Position numbers and translations under genes: made by a program. The notes beneath the pieces were generated by a model. The model was not told the DNA's origin. It saw nothing but the letters and a program-made list of their open reading frames with translations, and searched no databases. A stretch of 64,000 nt of DNA from Actinomycetes bacterium (GTDB lineage Bacteria; Actinomycetota; Acidimicrobiia; Acidimicrobiales; Aldehydirespiratoraceae): contig JAJRXC010000023.1 of NCBI GenBank assembly GCA_024276495.1, forward strand, positions 3,484 through 67,483. The letters are read 5' to 3'. Position 1 is the stretch's first letter. Each line of letters begins with the position of its first letter. Below, piece by piece: positions 27,020 through 36,408 of the stretch.

Positions 27020-27583
27020 CTAGGCCGGGTACAGCGCTCCGACGTAGGCATCGGGGTCTTCGGCGAGAACTTCCGGCGCGGCGCTGGCCAGAACCCGCAG
27101 GTTCCGGTATCGACCCTCGTGATCGAGGCCGTAACCGATGACGAACCGGTCCGGGATCTCGATCCCGACGTGGTCGAGCTCGACGGGCACCACGCGCCGC
27201 GCCGGTCGATCGACGAACGTGCACACGCAGACGCGGCGCGGAGAGCGACGGGACAACTCACCGTGGATGAACGCCGTCGTGAGGCCGGTGTCGACGATGT
27301 CCTCCACGATGACGACGTCGCGACCGACGATGTCGATGTCGAGATCCTTCAACATGCGAACCCGGCCTGTGTTGGGGGCATACGGCGTGATCGCGATGAA
27401 ATCGATCAGCGGCCGGATCGTGATCGCCCGGACCAGATCGGACAGGAACGGCACGCTTCCCCGCAGCAGGCCGGCCAACACCACTCCGTCGGTGAACCGG
27501 GTGCTCAGCTCGGCGGCGAGCCGCGCCACGGTCGACTCGATCTCTTCTTCGGTGAGGAGGATCTCCAATCCGGGTGCCGTCAT
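27020..27583 (-). CDS. hpt: hypoxanthine phosphoribosyltransferase
   Basis: 187 aa; PRPP-binding motif VVIVEDIVDTGLT plus flanking HPRT pattern. Confidence 0.9.
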   Translation of the reverse strand: MTAPGLEILLTEEEIESTVARLAAELSTRFTDGVVLAGLLRGSVPFLSDLVRAITIRPLIDFIAITPYAPNTGRVRMLKDLDIDIVGRDVVIVEDIVDTGLTTAFIHGELSRRSPRRVCVCTFVDRPARRVVPVELDHVGIEIPDRFVIGYGLDHEGRYRNLRVLASAAPEVLAEDPDAYVGALYPA

Positions 27584-27587
27584 GGCA

Positions 27588-28544
27588 TCAGTCGAGCCGG
27601 CCGCTGAAGCTTCGGCGCAGAACCGATCGCTGGATGCCCTCGCCCAGCCGGACCAGCTCGTTGAGCTCGGCGCGCGCCGAACGTCGGCTCTCGCCGCCCT
27701 TCTTCAGTTTCGGGGCGACGAGTTGTTCGAGGATGCCGGCCTGGCGATCGGCCGCGACCTTGAACATGCGCAGGTGGCGCGCCTCGACACCGCGGGCCCG
27801 AAAGACGGCCGCGGCCCGAGCCACCACCAGCGCTTCGTGGTCGAACGCCTCCGTGCCGCCCGCGGCAACCGTCTCGATCAGTCCGAGCCGCTCGAGCTCG
27901 GCGATGAGGCCCAGGTCGACACCGGCGCTTTCGGCCAGCTCCAGCGCCGACAGGCTGACGGAACCGGCCGGCACGTCGAGTGGATCGCCTTCGGCGACCG
28001 CCGGCGGCGCCGGCACGGGTTGCGCGACCGGCCCCGACTCGGGCTCGGGCTCCGGCTCCGGCTCGGAGACGGGTTCCGACCCGGCTTCCGACGCCGGCAC
28101 CGGCTCGGCATCGGGTGGGTCGGACTCCGCCGGGTCGTCGGATTCGACACCCGAGTCGTTGCCCGTGGCCGGCGGCGGGGGGTCGTTCCCGGTCCCGGAC
28201 TCCGCCTCTTCGGGAGCCCGGGCCTCGGCGGTCTTCGTGAACAGGGTCGGTTCCGGCAGCGGGCCGTCGACCGCTCCCCCCGCGGTGGCGGGGTCGAAGC
28301 CCGCTTCCTCGAGGCGACGCTTGATCACCTTCAAGGGCAGGAAGTTGTCGCGCTGTTGGACCAGAATCCAGCGCAGACGGTCGATGTCGTGGTCGTAGAA
28401 CTTCCGGTAGCCCGATGGTGTGCGTTCGGGAGCGATCAGGCCCTGGCTCTCGAAGAACCTGATCTTCGAGATGGTGACATCGGCATGCTCGTCCTTGAGC
28501 ATCGCCAGGACCTCGCCGATCGAGTGATGAGGTGATTCGGCCAC
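27588..28544 (-). CDS. MerR family transcriptional regulator with acidic low-complexity linker
   Basis: 318 aa; N-terminal HTH (SIGEVLAMLKDEHADVTISKIRFFESQGLIAPERTPSGYRKF); central EPEPEPEPE region. Confidence 0.75.
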   Translation of the reverse strand: MAESPHHSIGEVLAMLKDEHADVTISKIRFFESQGLIAPERTPSGYRKFYDHDIDRLRWILVQQRDNFLPLKVIKRRLEEAGFDPATAGGAVDGPLPEPTLFTKTAEARAPEEAESGTGNDPPPPATGNDSGVESDDPAESDPPDAEPVPASEAGSEPVSEPEPEPEPESGPVAQPVPAPPAVAEGDPLDVPAGSVSLSALELAESAGVDLGLIAELERLGLIETVAAGGTEAFDHEALVVARAAAVFRARGVEARHLRMFKVAADRQAGILEQLVAPKLKKGGESRRSARAELNELVRLGEGIQRSVLRRSFSGRLD

Positions 28545-28557
28545 GGAAACCCCCGTC

Positions 28558-29028
28558 TCAGCCCGCGCCCGTGCCGTGCACGAACACCAGCTTGAACTTG
28601 CCGACCTGGAGCTCGTCTCCGTCGGTCAACTCGCGGTCGTCGGCCCGCTCCCGGTTGACATAGGTGCCGTTGAGCGAGCCGACGTCTCGCACCCAGTAGC
28701 GCGACCCCTCACGGCGAACCTCGGCATGACGCCGAGACACCGTGATGTCGTCGAGGAAGATGTCGCTGTCGGGATGGCGGCCGATCGTGACGGTGTCGGT
28801 GTCGAGCGCGTAGCGGGCGCCGGCCTTCGGCCCCTGAGGCACGACGAACAGACCCTCGTGGGGTCCGAACCCGGACCGGTCGATCTCCTCGACCGCCTCG
28901 TTCTCGATCTCGTGGATCGACAAACCGCTCGTGATCTCGTCGCCGGGAATCGCCACACCACACGAGGAACAGAAGTTCGCTCCCGTCGGATTCTCATGGC
29001 GGCACTCGCGACAGACGACACCACTCAC
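28558..29028 (-). CDS. zinc-ribbon + FHA domain protein (GarA/OdhI-position homologue)
   Basis: 156 aa; N-terminal CRECRHENPTGANFCSSCG; C-terminal FHA (TIGRHPDSDIFLDDITVSRRHAEV...SLNGTYVN). Confidence 0.85.
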   Translation of the reverse strand: MSGVVCRECRHENPTGANFCSSCGVAIPGDEITSGLSIHEIENEAVEEIDRSGFGPHEGLFVVPQGPKAGARYALDTDTVTIGRHPDSDIFLDDITVSRRHAEVRREGSRYWVRDVGSLNGTYVNRERADDRELTDGDELQVGKFKLVFVHGTGAG

Positions 29029-29032
29029 GCGA

Positions 29033-29413
29033 TCACCCCTCGGTCAGCGCCGCATAGGCACTCGCGTCGAGCAGCCCGTCGAGCTCCGCTGGGTCCGACA
29101 TCCGGATCGCGAGGATCCAGCCCGCACCGTACGGGTCCTCGTTGAGCTTCTCGGGGGCGTCGGCCAACTCGTCGTTCACCATCACGATCTCGCCCGACAC
29201 CGGGGCATAGAGCTCCGACACGGACTTGGTCGACTCGACCTCACCGAACGAGTCGGCCGCGGCGATCTGCGCACCCGCGTTCGGGAGGTCGACATAGACG
29301 ACATCGCCCAGCGCATCCTGGGCATAGTCGGTGATCCCGACGCGGGCGATGCCGTCCTCGACGGCGACCCATTCGTGGTCGGACGAATAGCGGAGTCCTT
29401 CTGGCACGTTCAT
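29033..29413 (-). CDS. gcvH: glycine cleavage system H protein
   Basis: 126 aa; lipoyl-lysine motif VESTKSVSELYAPVSG. Confidence 0.95.
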   Translation of the reverse strand: MNVPEGLRYSSDHEWVAVEDGIARVGITDYAQDALGDVVYVDLPNAGAQIAAADSFGEVESTKSVSELYAPVSGEIVMVNDELADAPEKLNEDPYGAGWILAIRMSDPAELDGLLDASAYAALTEG

Positions 29414-29457
29414 GCCGAGAACCTAACCCATGACCGCAGGGCAGTCGCGACCCCCGC

Positions 29458-31947
29458 TCAGGACCGGACGAGTTGCTCGATCCGGCGTACGTACTCGTCG
29501 ACCAGCCGCTCCGCCGCCGCGTCATCGACTCCCTCCGCGGTGACCCGTGTGATCGGGTCGTCGGGGTCGGGAAGAACGAGCGCCCAGCCCTGCGGGTGAT
29601 GAATGCGCACACCATCGACGAGGTCGACCTCGTGCGTCTTCGCCTGCTCGACGAGGACCCGCATCACCGCCCCTTTCTGCTCCCAGGGCGTGACGACCTC
29701 GCGGGTCATCATGTGGGTCGACGGGAGACCGTCGACGACGCTGCTCAGCGGCTGGTCCGACACGGCGAGCAGGTCGAGCAGGGAGACGAAGGTCGCGATG
29801 GCGTCGAAGGCCGGCATGAACCCGGGCACGACGAATCGACCGCTGGTGTCGGCGGCGAAGCACACGTTGGGATCCGACGCGGCCTTCATCACCGCGGCGC
29901 CCGAGGTGGGCGTCAGCACGACCGAACCGTGGCGGCGCTCCACGAGCTCGGTGGCGCGGGTCGTCGCGGAGACCGGCAACGCCACCCGAGCCCCAACGAG
30001 CGTCGGGCCGCGGAGCTCGATCAACGCCAACAGGAGCTCGGTGTGGTCGAGGAGCCGGCCGGCGTCGTCGATGACGCTGAGCTGCTGTCCCCCGGGGCTG
30101 AACATAACGCCGAGCGCGGCCCGAGAAGAGGTGACGAGCTCGGCGACGACCTCGGCGTTTCGCTCACGGTCGAACGCCGCGGCACCCGACGTCGACGCGA
30201 ACGGGTTGACCGCGAGCACGTCGGCGCCCAGCTTCGCGAGCAGGTTCGGCATGATGAACGACACCGCGCCGTGGCCGTAGTCGACCACCACCTTGGGCGC
30301 CGCGGCTCGGATCGCGGGCAGGTCCACGGTGGACTCGATCGCCGTCGCGTAGTGCTCGAGGGCGCGGGGGGCGTAGTCGATGTCGCCGATCTCACCCGGG
30401 AAGACCCGGCGGTAGTCCTCGCGGTTGAAGATCCGTTCGATCTTGCGGTGCCCGTTCTCGCTCATGTCGGCACCGTTGACGTCGAGGAACTGGACGATCA
30501 CGGTGTTGGGGTCGTCGCCGTCGAGCCGAAGCGCGACCCCGCCGGCGATGGCCGGGCGCCGGGTGACGAATCGGGCGACGGGAAGGGGGACGAGCTCCAG
30601 GTCCTGCACCGAGATGCCGGCGGCGTTGAGCCCGGCGTGGACCGCTCGTTTGAGCATCCGGGCAGAACGCGACGAGTCACGGGCCGTGATGACGATGTCG
30701 CCTTGTCGCAGCGTCGAGCCGTACGCCATCGCGAGTCGGGTGACGAGCTCGGGCGTGATGTCGACGTTGGCGAGGCCCGAGACCCCGGAACGTCCGAAGA
30801 GGCTGCGGGCCCCCTTCGTCTCCCACACGATCGACGAGTTGACCGCCGCACCACCCTCGATGGTCTTGAACGGGTAGATCTTCACCCCGGCGCCGACGGT
30901 GGCACCCTCCCCCACGAAGCACTCGTCGCCGATCACCGCGCCCTCGTCGACCTTCACCCCGGCCCGGAGATCACAGGCCCGTCCGATGACCGCCCCCCGC
31001 ACGCTCACCGCCTCGGCCAGATAGGCGTTGTCGCCGATCACCGACCGTTCGATGTCGGCTTCGGCCCGCACCCGCACGTTCGCCCCCAGAACCGAGTAAG
31101 GGCCGATCCGGGCGCCGGCCTGGATCCGGCAGTTGGCGCCGATGACACCCGGGCCGGCGATGACGGCATCTGGATGCACCGCGACGTTCTCTCCGATGAA
31201 CAGCCCTCGGTCCTGTTCGAAGCCGTCAATGTCGACCTCGACCGTGCCGTCGAGGATGTCGGCGTGGGCTCGCACGTAGCTCTCGAGGTTGCCGACGTCT
31301 TCCCAGTACCCCTCGGCAACCGCGCCGTAGAGGGGTTTCCCGTCGGCGAGCAGCGCGGGAAAGACCTCGCTCGAGAAGTCGACGGGCCGATCCGGTTCGA
31401 TGTAGTCGAAGATCGACGGTTCGAGGACGAAGATCCCCGAGTTGATCGTGTCGCTGAAGACCTGCCCCCAGCCCGGCTTTTCGAGGAAACGCTCGATCGA
31501 CCCGTCGTCTCGGGTGATCACGATCCCGAACTCGAGCGGGTCCTCCACCCGAATGAGGCCGATCGTGGCCATGGCCTGCTTCTCGTGGTGCGCGGCCACG
31601 ATCTTGGTGAGGTCGATGTCGGTCAGCACGTCGCCGGAGATGACGAGGAACGCCTCGGTGAGCTCGTCCATCGCGTTGCGCACCGACCCGGCGGTGCCGA
31701 GCGGCGTCTCCTCCGTCGCGTAGACCATGCGCACGCCGAAGTCGGAGCCGTCGCCGAACCAGTTCCGGATGTGGTTCGCCATGAACGCGACGGTGACGAC
31801 GATCTCATCGAATCCGTGACGCTTCAGGAGCTCGACGACGTGCTCCATCATCGGCCGGTTGGCCAACGGCATCATCGGCTTCGGAACGTTGGAGGTCAGG
31901 GGACGAAGGCGTGTGCCCTCTCCGCCCGCCATGATCACGGCCTTCAC
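29458..31947 (-). CDS. bifunctional sugar-phosphate nucleotidyltransferase / phosphohexomutase (PMM/PGM-type) fusion
   Basis: 829 aa; N-terminal MAGGEGTRLRPLT NTP-transferase plus left-handed beta-helix region; C-terminal alpha-D-phosphohexomutase-like half. Confidence 0.8.
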   Translation of the reverse strand: MKAVIMAGGEGTRLRPLTSNVPKPMMPLANRPMMEHVVELLKRHGFDEIVVTVAFMANHIRNWFGDGSDFGVRMVYATEETPLGTAGSVRNAMDELTEAFLVISGDVLTDIDLTKIVAAHHEKQAMATIGLIRVEDPLEFGIVITRDDGSIERFLEKPGWGQVFSDTINSGIFVLEPSIFDYIEPDRPVDFSSEVFPALLADGKPLYGAVAEGYWEDVGNLESYVRAHADILDGTVEVDIDGFEQDRGLFIGENVAVHPDAVIAGPGVIGANCRIQAGARIGPYSVLGANVRVRAEADIERSVIGDNAYLAEAVSVRGAVIGRACDLRAGVKVDEGAVIGDECFVGEGATVGAGVKIYPFKTIEGGAAVNSSIVWETKGARSLFGRSGVSGLANVDITPELVTRLAMAYGSTLRQGDIVITARDSSRSARMLKRAVHAGLNAAGISVQDLELVPLPVARFVTRRPAIAGGVALRLDGDDPNTVIVQFLDVNGADMSENGHRKIERIFNREDYRRVFPGEIGDIDYAPRALEHYATAIESTVDLPAIRAAAPKVVVDYGHGAVSFIMPNLLAKLGADVLAVNPFASTSGAAAFDRERNAEVVAELVTSSRAALGVMFSPGGQQLSVIDDAGRLLDHTELLLALIELRGPTLVGARVALPVSATTRATELVERRHGSVVLTPTSGAAVMKAASDPNVCFAADTSGRFVVPGFMPAFDAIATFVSLLDLLAVSDQPLSSVVDGLPSTHMMTREVVTPWEQKGAVMRVLVEQAKTHEVDLVDGVRIHHPQGWALVLPDPDDPITRVTAEGVDDAAAERLVDEYVRRIEQLVRS

Positions 31948-31996
31948 GAGCCGAACCTACCTCTCACCGACGGCGAGCGACAGGCGCCGGCGATGA

Positions 31997-32647
31997 TCAG
32001 GTCGGCTCGTCGCGGGCGGCGTCCTCGGCCCGGTCGAGTCGGCCCTCCTTCAACGCCTCGAGACTGAGCGGGACGTATTGGGCGGCCGACAGGTAGCTGT
32101 AGACCAGCGACGGCACGGCGATGATCCAGCCGGCCCATCGGAACCAGTCAGCGATGCCCACGTCGGACGCGCCGGCCAACAGGAACGGGAACGCGAAGTA
32201 CAGACCGAAGGTCGCGACCTTGCCCCACCACGTGACGTCGATGCGTCGTCCGCCGAGGGCCCCGAGCACCAGGCCGCCGATCGCGACCAGGACCTCCCTG
32301 GCCAGGGTGATGACGACCAGCCACCATGGAACCGATCCGTCGACGCCGACGGCGAAGATGCCGACGATCAACACCGCCCGATCCGTGAGCGGGTCGATGA
32401 GCTTCCCGAACTCGCTGACGACATCGAACTTTCTCGCCCACCAGCCATCGACCCAGTCGGTCGCGCCGACCAGCCCCCACAACCACGCCGCCCCGTAGCG
32501 ATTCTCCTCGCTGAAGATCAGCCAGAGGAAGACCGGAATGCCGGCGAGGCGAAGCAGCGAGATCAGGTTGGGAACCGTGAGGATGCGATCCTCGAAGATC
32601 CCCTTTTGCCGTTCTCGGCCCGGTGCCCCGTCGTCGGCCATCGCCAC
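31997..32647 (-). CDS. CDP-alcohol phosphatidyltransferase family protein (PgsA-like)
   Basis: 216 aa; DWVDGWWARKFDVVSEFGKLIDPLTD matches the D-G-x2-A-R-x8-G-x3-D-x3-D motif; multiple TM segments. Confidence 0.85.
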   Translation of the reverse strand: MAMADDGAPGRERQKGIFEDRILTVPNLISLLRLAGIPVFLWLIFSEENRYGAAWLWGLVGATDWVDGWWARKFDVVSEFGKLIDPLTDRAVLIVGIFAVGVDGSVPWWLVVITLAREVLVAIGGLVLGALGGRRIDVTWWGKVATFGLYFAFPFLLAGASDVGIADWFRWAGWIIAVPSLVYSYLSAAQYVPLSLEALKEGRLDRAEDAARDEPT

Positions 32648-32664
32648 CAGCCTACGATCTCGGT

Positions 32665-33075
32665 GTGCCTTCCATCTTCACCCGCATCATCGACGGCGAG
32701 ATTCCCGGCCGCTTCCTCTGGAAGGACGATCGTTGTGTCTCCTTTCTCGACGTGCGACCGCTCGCCCCTGGTCACGCCCTCGTCATCCCGCGCGTCGAAG
32801 TCGACGAATGGACGGATCTGCCGGCCGACACCGCCGCACACCTGATGACGGTCGCGCACACCGTCGGGCGAGCCCAGAAGAAGGTGCTGGCGCCCGCCCG
32901 GATCGGCCTGATGATCGCCGGCTTCGAGGTACCCCACGTCCATGTGCACGTCGTCCCGATGGACTCCATGGCGGCCCTGGACTTCGCCCAGGCGAACCCG
33001 ACACCGGACCCGGCCGAGCTCGACGCCCTGCAGGACCGGATCGTCGCGGCGCTCGATCGACACAGGGCCGGGTAG
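32665..33075 (+). CDS. HIT family protein
   Basis: GTG at 32665 (VPSIFTRIIDGEIP) avoids overlap with the divergent pgsA-like start; histidine triad HVHVHVVP. Confidence 0.8.
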   Translation: MPSIFTRIIDGEIPGRFLWKDDRCVSFLDVRPLAPGHALVIPRVEVDEWTDLPADTAAHLMTVAHTVGRAQKKVLAPARIGLMIAGFEVPHVHVHVVPMDSMAALDFAQANPTPDPAELDALQDRIVAALDRHRAG

Positions 33076-33809
33076 TGCCACGGCTGGCCGACTTCGACAC
33101 CCTCATCTTCGATTGCTACGGGACCCTGATCGACTGGGAGTCCGGCATGATCGACGCCCTCGGTCCCCTGACGAGTCGGCTGGCGCGCGTCGACCGCGAC
33201 GATGTGCTCCAACGCCACGCGTTCCACGAGTCCGAGCAGCAGCGCCGCACGCCGACCAAGCCCTATCGCGAGATCCTCGCGATCGTCTATCGCCGCCTGG
33301 CCGACGAGTGGGGACTCCCGGTCGAGGAGGCCGACTGTCGCCGCTATGGTGAATCGGTGAAGGACTGGCCGGCCTTTCCGGACGCGGCCGTCTCGTTGGA
33401 GGCGTTGGCTGCGCACTACCGCCTGGTCATCTTGTCCAACGTGGACAACGAGAGCTTCGCCGCGTCGAACGACAAGCTGGGGGTGCGCTTCGACGCGGTC
33501 TACACCGCAGAGGACATCGGCTCCTACAAGCCGGCCGACGCGAACTTCGTCCACATGATCTCGGAGTTGGCCGGTCTCGGCGTCGACAAGTCGAAGATCC
33601 TGCACACCGCCGAGAGCCTCTTCCACGACCATGGGCCGGCCAACCGTCACGGGCTGGCCTCCTGTCGGATCCACCGACGCCACGACCGGCCCGGCTTCGG
33701 GGCGACCCGGCGACCGGACACCACACCGACCTACGACTTCCGATTCGTGAGCCTGGCCGAGATGGTGGCCGCCCGGCGGGCCGAGGACACCGATCGCCTC
33801 ACTCGCTGA
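33075..33809 (+). CDS. HAD superfamily hydrolase (haloacid dehalogenase type II-like)
   Basis: GTG at 33075 overlapping the HIT stop; motif I FDCYGTLID; later SNVD and YKPA motifs. Confidence 0.75.
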   Translation: MPRLADFDTLIFDCYGTLIDWESGMIDALGPLTSRLARVDRDDVLQRHAFHESEQQRRTPTKPYREILAIVYRRLADEWGLPVEEADCRRYGESVKDWPAFPDAAVSLEALAAHYRLVILSNVDNESFAASNDKLGVRFDAVYTAEDIGSYKPADANFVHMISELAGLGVDKSKILHTAESLFHDHGPANRHGLASCRIHRRHDRPGFGATRRPDTTPTYDFRFVSLAEMVAARRAEDTDRLTR

Positions 33810-34521
33810 TCGGCTCGGCTTCCTCGATCAGTTCGGGACCGTTGTTCCGAACGTTGTTGACGTCGGTCGAGACGGGGTGCATCCGGATCAGCTGCGACGG
33901 CGCCGGCACGAGCAGCCCCCGGAGCGCGTCGGTGTCGTGGTTCTCGCGGTCGAGCCATCGGTCCCACACGTCGGGCGGCAGAATCACCGGCATGCGGTCG
34001 TGCACTGCGGCGACCGCCTCGTTCGGCTCACCGGTGATGATCGTGCAGCTGAACAGCTGGAGCGGCTCGCCGCTCGTGTCGGTGTGGTTGCGGTCCTTCC
34101 AGACCTCCCACACGCCGGCGAAGGCGAACGGTTCGCCGTCGACCCGGCTCATGTACATGGGTTGCTTCTTCTTTCGTCCCTCGATCGTCTTCCACTCGTA
34201 GAAGCCATCGGCGGGGATGATGCACCGACGGCGGGCGAACGGACGTGCGAAGGACCTCTTTTTCGTGATCGTCTCGGCGCGAGCGTTGATCATGCGGTTG
34301 CCGATCTTCGGGTCCTCGGCCCAGAACGGCACCAGTCCCCAGTGGAAGGTGTCGATCCGGCGGACGCCACCATCTTCGAAAACGGTGTAGACGCCCTGAG
34401 TCGGGGCGACGTTGTGGTTCGCTCGCGCCGGCACGTCGTCGAGCAATCGCTCGGCCATCTCCGCCCCGAAGTACTTCGCGAGTTGGTCGGGCGGCGTCGT
34501 CGATGCGAACCGGCCACACAT
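33799..34521 (-). CDS. SOS response-associated peptidase (SRAP/YedK family)
   Basis: Start MCGRF at 34521 (catalytic Cys2); FHWGLVPFW, NARAET motifs; TGATG overlap with the upstream gene. Confidence 0.85.
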   Translation of the reverse strand: MCGRFASTTPPDQLAKYFGAEMAERLLDDVPARANHNVAPTQGVYTVFEDGGVRRIDTFHWGLVPFWAEDPKIGNRMINARAETITKKRSFARPFARRRCIIPADGFYEWKTIEGRKKKQPMYMSRVDGEPFAFAGVWEVWKDRNHTDTSGEPLQLFSCTIITGEPNEAVAAVHDRMPVILPPDVWDRWLDRENHDTDALRGLLVPAPSQLIRMHPVSTDVNNVRNNGPELIEEAEPISE

Positions 34522-35654
34522 CACGAACGACCGGGAAGATCTCCGGTGATGGTGCAACGACCGACCCGGTCGGCGCCCAGGTCGAAGGTCAACTCCTCGC
34601 CGATCTCCCCACCGAAGCGGGGGACCGCGACGGAGTCGGCGGCCCCCACCTCGATCGTTCCCCGCAAGGTCAACACCTCGTAGTCGGGGTCGTCGGCGAT
34701 CAGTTGGACCCGTACCTGTTCGGCGAACCCGGATCCACCCTCGGGAAGGGCGACCTCTCCGGCCGGGACGACGAGATCCAACAGGACCGCGGACGGACCG
34801 AGACAGCCGACCGATGCCGGACGTCCGACGGGCTGACCGCACGGGCCATAGGTCACCGTGTCGAGCGGTCGGAGGTTCGCCGTCACGACGCTCGCTCTCA
34901 GGCAACTGTTGTCGGTGAACCCCTCGGGGCCGACGAAGACGACATGGGCCCGGCCCGCGTACTGGAACAACGACGCGCGGATCGAGCCCGGTGGATACGG
35001 ATAGACCGAGAACGGCGCGACCGTGATCCGCGCCGCCTCGGGTCCGTCTCCGGTGGCGACCGCGACGGTGGTCGTCAGCGCGGTGGTCAGGCTCGGCTCG
35101 GTGACGGGGGGACCACCGCCCCGGGCGGCCTCCTCCGGGGTCTCGTCGACGACTTCGAACTGGAACGCGCCCTCACTTCGCGGTTCGTCGTCGAGGAGCC
35201 GCTGGGAGAGCAGATAGGCGCCGCCGGTCAGCACGATCACGCCGACGAGCGCCAGCGCCAGATTGATGGCGCGCTGGCGCCGGCCCACCTGCAGGGCCTC
35301 GTCGACCTGCTTCTCGTCGAGCTTCTCCTGCAACGTCAACGGGCCGAACGCCTCGGAGTTGGCCCCACCGGCGATCAGGTCGCGCCACGCGGCCACCCGC
35401 GGCTCGGGCATTCGCGCGAGGTAGGACCGGAACGACGCCTGCACCGCCTCGGAGAACAACAACATGAGCCCGTTGGCCCGGGCGTGCTCGACTGGGTCGT
35501 CGAGGAACTGCGGGATGTCCCGCGCACCGGCGACGACCCGCAAGAAGTCGTGGGCCTGCTCGTCGGCTTCGTCGAACGTCCACATCGGGCCCTCGGGCGC
35601 CGGCGGCGGCACGTTGGCCTCTTCACCGGCGCGCAGAAACCCCGACTTCACCAT
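34521..35654 (-). CDS. hypothetical single-pass membrane protein
   Basis: 377 aa; one central TM (INLALALVGVIVLTGGAYLL); no recognised family; start uncertain. Confidence 0.55.
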   Translation of the reverse strand: MVKSGFLRAGEEANVPPPAPEGPMWTFDEADEQAHDFLRVVAGARDIPQFLDDPVEHARANGLMLLFSEAVQASFRSYLARMPEPRVAAWRDLIAGGANSEAFGPLTLQEKLDEKQVDEALQVGRRQRAINLALALVGVIVLTGGAYLLSQRLLDDEPRSEGAFQFEVVDETPEEAARGGGPPVTEPSLTTALTTTVAVATGDGPEAARITVAPFSVYPYPPGSIRASLFQYAGRAHVVFVGPEGFTDNSCLRASVVTANLRPLDTVTYGPCGQPVGRPASVGCLGPSAVLLDLVVPAGEVALPEGGSGFAEQVRVQLIADDPDYEVLTLRGTIEVGAADSVAVPRFGGEIGEELTFDLGADRVGRCTITGDLPGRS

Positions 35655-35805
35655 GAAGGCGTCGGGGTGGATCTCCAGAGAATCATCCTCGGCGGGAAGC
35701 TCGGTGGGATCGGGGGCTTCGAGGCGTTCGTCTTCGATTCCGGAAGGGTAGGCGCGCCGGCGGCGGGGGCGGTGGCGCCCGGCCCGAAGATGTCAGACTC
35801 TCCGG

Positions 35806-36408
35806 GTGACCGATCCGCAGCTCATCCTCGCTTCCGCCTCGCCGCGCCGCCACGAGATCCTCGGTCGGCTCACGTCGGGCTTCGTGGTCCGGGTCGCGGA
35901 CATCGACGAGTCGCCCCGTCCCGGCGAGGACGCGACGGACTACGTGACCCGCGTAGCCGTCGAGAAGGCGAACGCGGTGGCCACCGCCCACTCGGTGGTC
36001 ATCGGCGCCGACACCACCGTCGTCCTCGATGGTGAGATCCTGGGCAAACCCCGCGACCGGTCCGACGCGGCAACGATGCTGCGTCGCCTCTCCGACCGGG
36101 CCCACGAGGTCATCACCGGGCTTGCCGTCGCGGTCGTCGACCCGGCCGGCGTGACCGCCCTGCACCGCGCCCACGAGACGACAGAGGTCGTCTTCGATGC
36201 GGTGAGCGACGAGCGAATCGCCTGGTATCTCGCCACCGGAGAGGCCGACGACAAGGCCGGTGCCTACGGGCTCCAGGGTGCCGCCGCCCTGTTCGCCGAT
36301 CGTGTCCGCGGAAGCGTCTCGAACGTGATCGGGCTGCCGCTGGGTCGACTGGACCGACTGTGTCGAGCGGCCGGGGTCGATCTCGTGTCGTTCGGATCTG
36401 CCCGATGA
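35806..36408 (+). CDS. maf: Maf family nucleoside triphosphate pyrophosphatase
   Basis: 200 aa; LILASASPRR...GADTTV...KAGAYGLQG. Confidence 0.9.
   Translation: MTDPQLILASASPRRHEILGRLTSGFVVRVADIDESPRPGEDATDYVTRVAVEKANAVATAHSVVIGADTTVVLDGEILGKPRDRSDAATMLRRLSDRAHEVITGLAVAVVDPAGVTALHRAHETTEVVFDAVSDERIAWYLATGEADDKAGAYGLQGAAALFADRVRGSVSNVIGLPLGRLDRLCRAAGVDLVSFGSAR

Noticed and set aside
28020-28150. Short-period GC-rich DNA repeats (ggctcgggctccggctccgg...)
   Set aside because: They encode the acidic EPEPEPEPE/SEP low-complexity linker of the MerR-family protein on the minus strand. This is coding repeat slippage, not a non-coding repeat or CRISPR-like array.
29473-32067. 864-aa + strand ORF covering the NTP-transferase/mutase and pgsA-like genes. 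Also 20378-22381(-) 667 aa, 36264-38045(-) 593 aa, 49260-51191(+) 643 aa, 45143-47029(-) 628 aa
   Set aside because: Same reason. The composition is low-complexity and Arg/Asp/Gly-heavy. Each overlaps strong homology-supported genes on the other strand.
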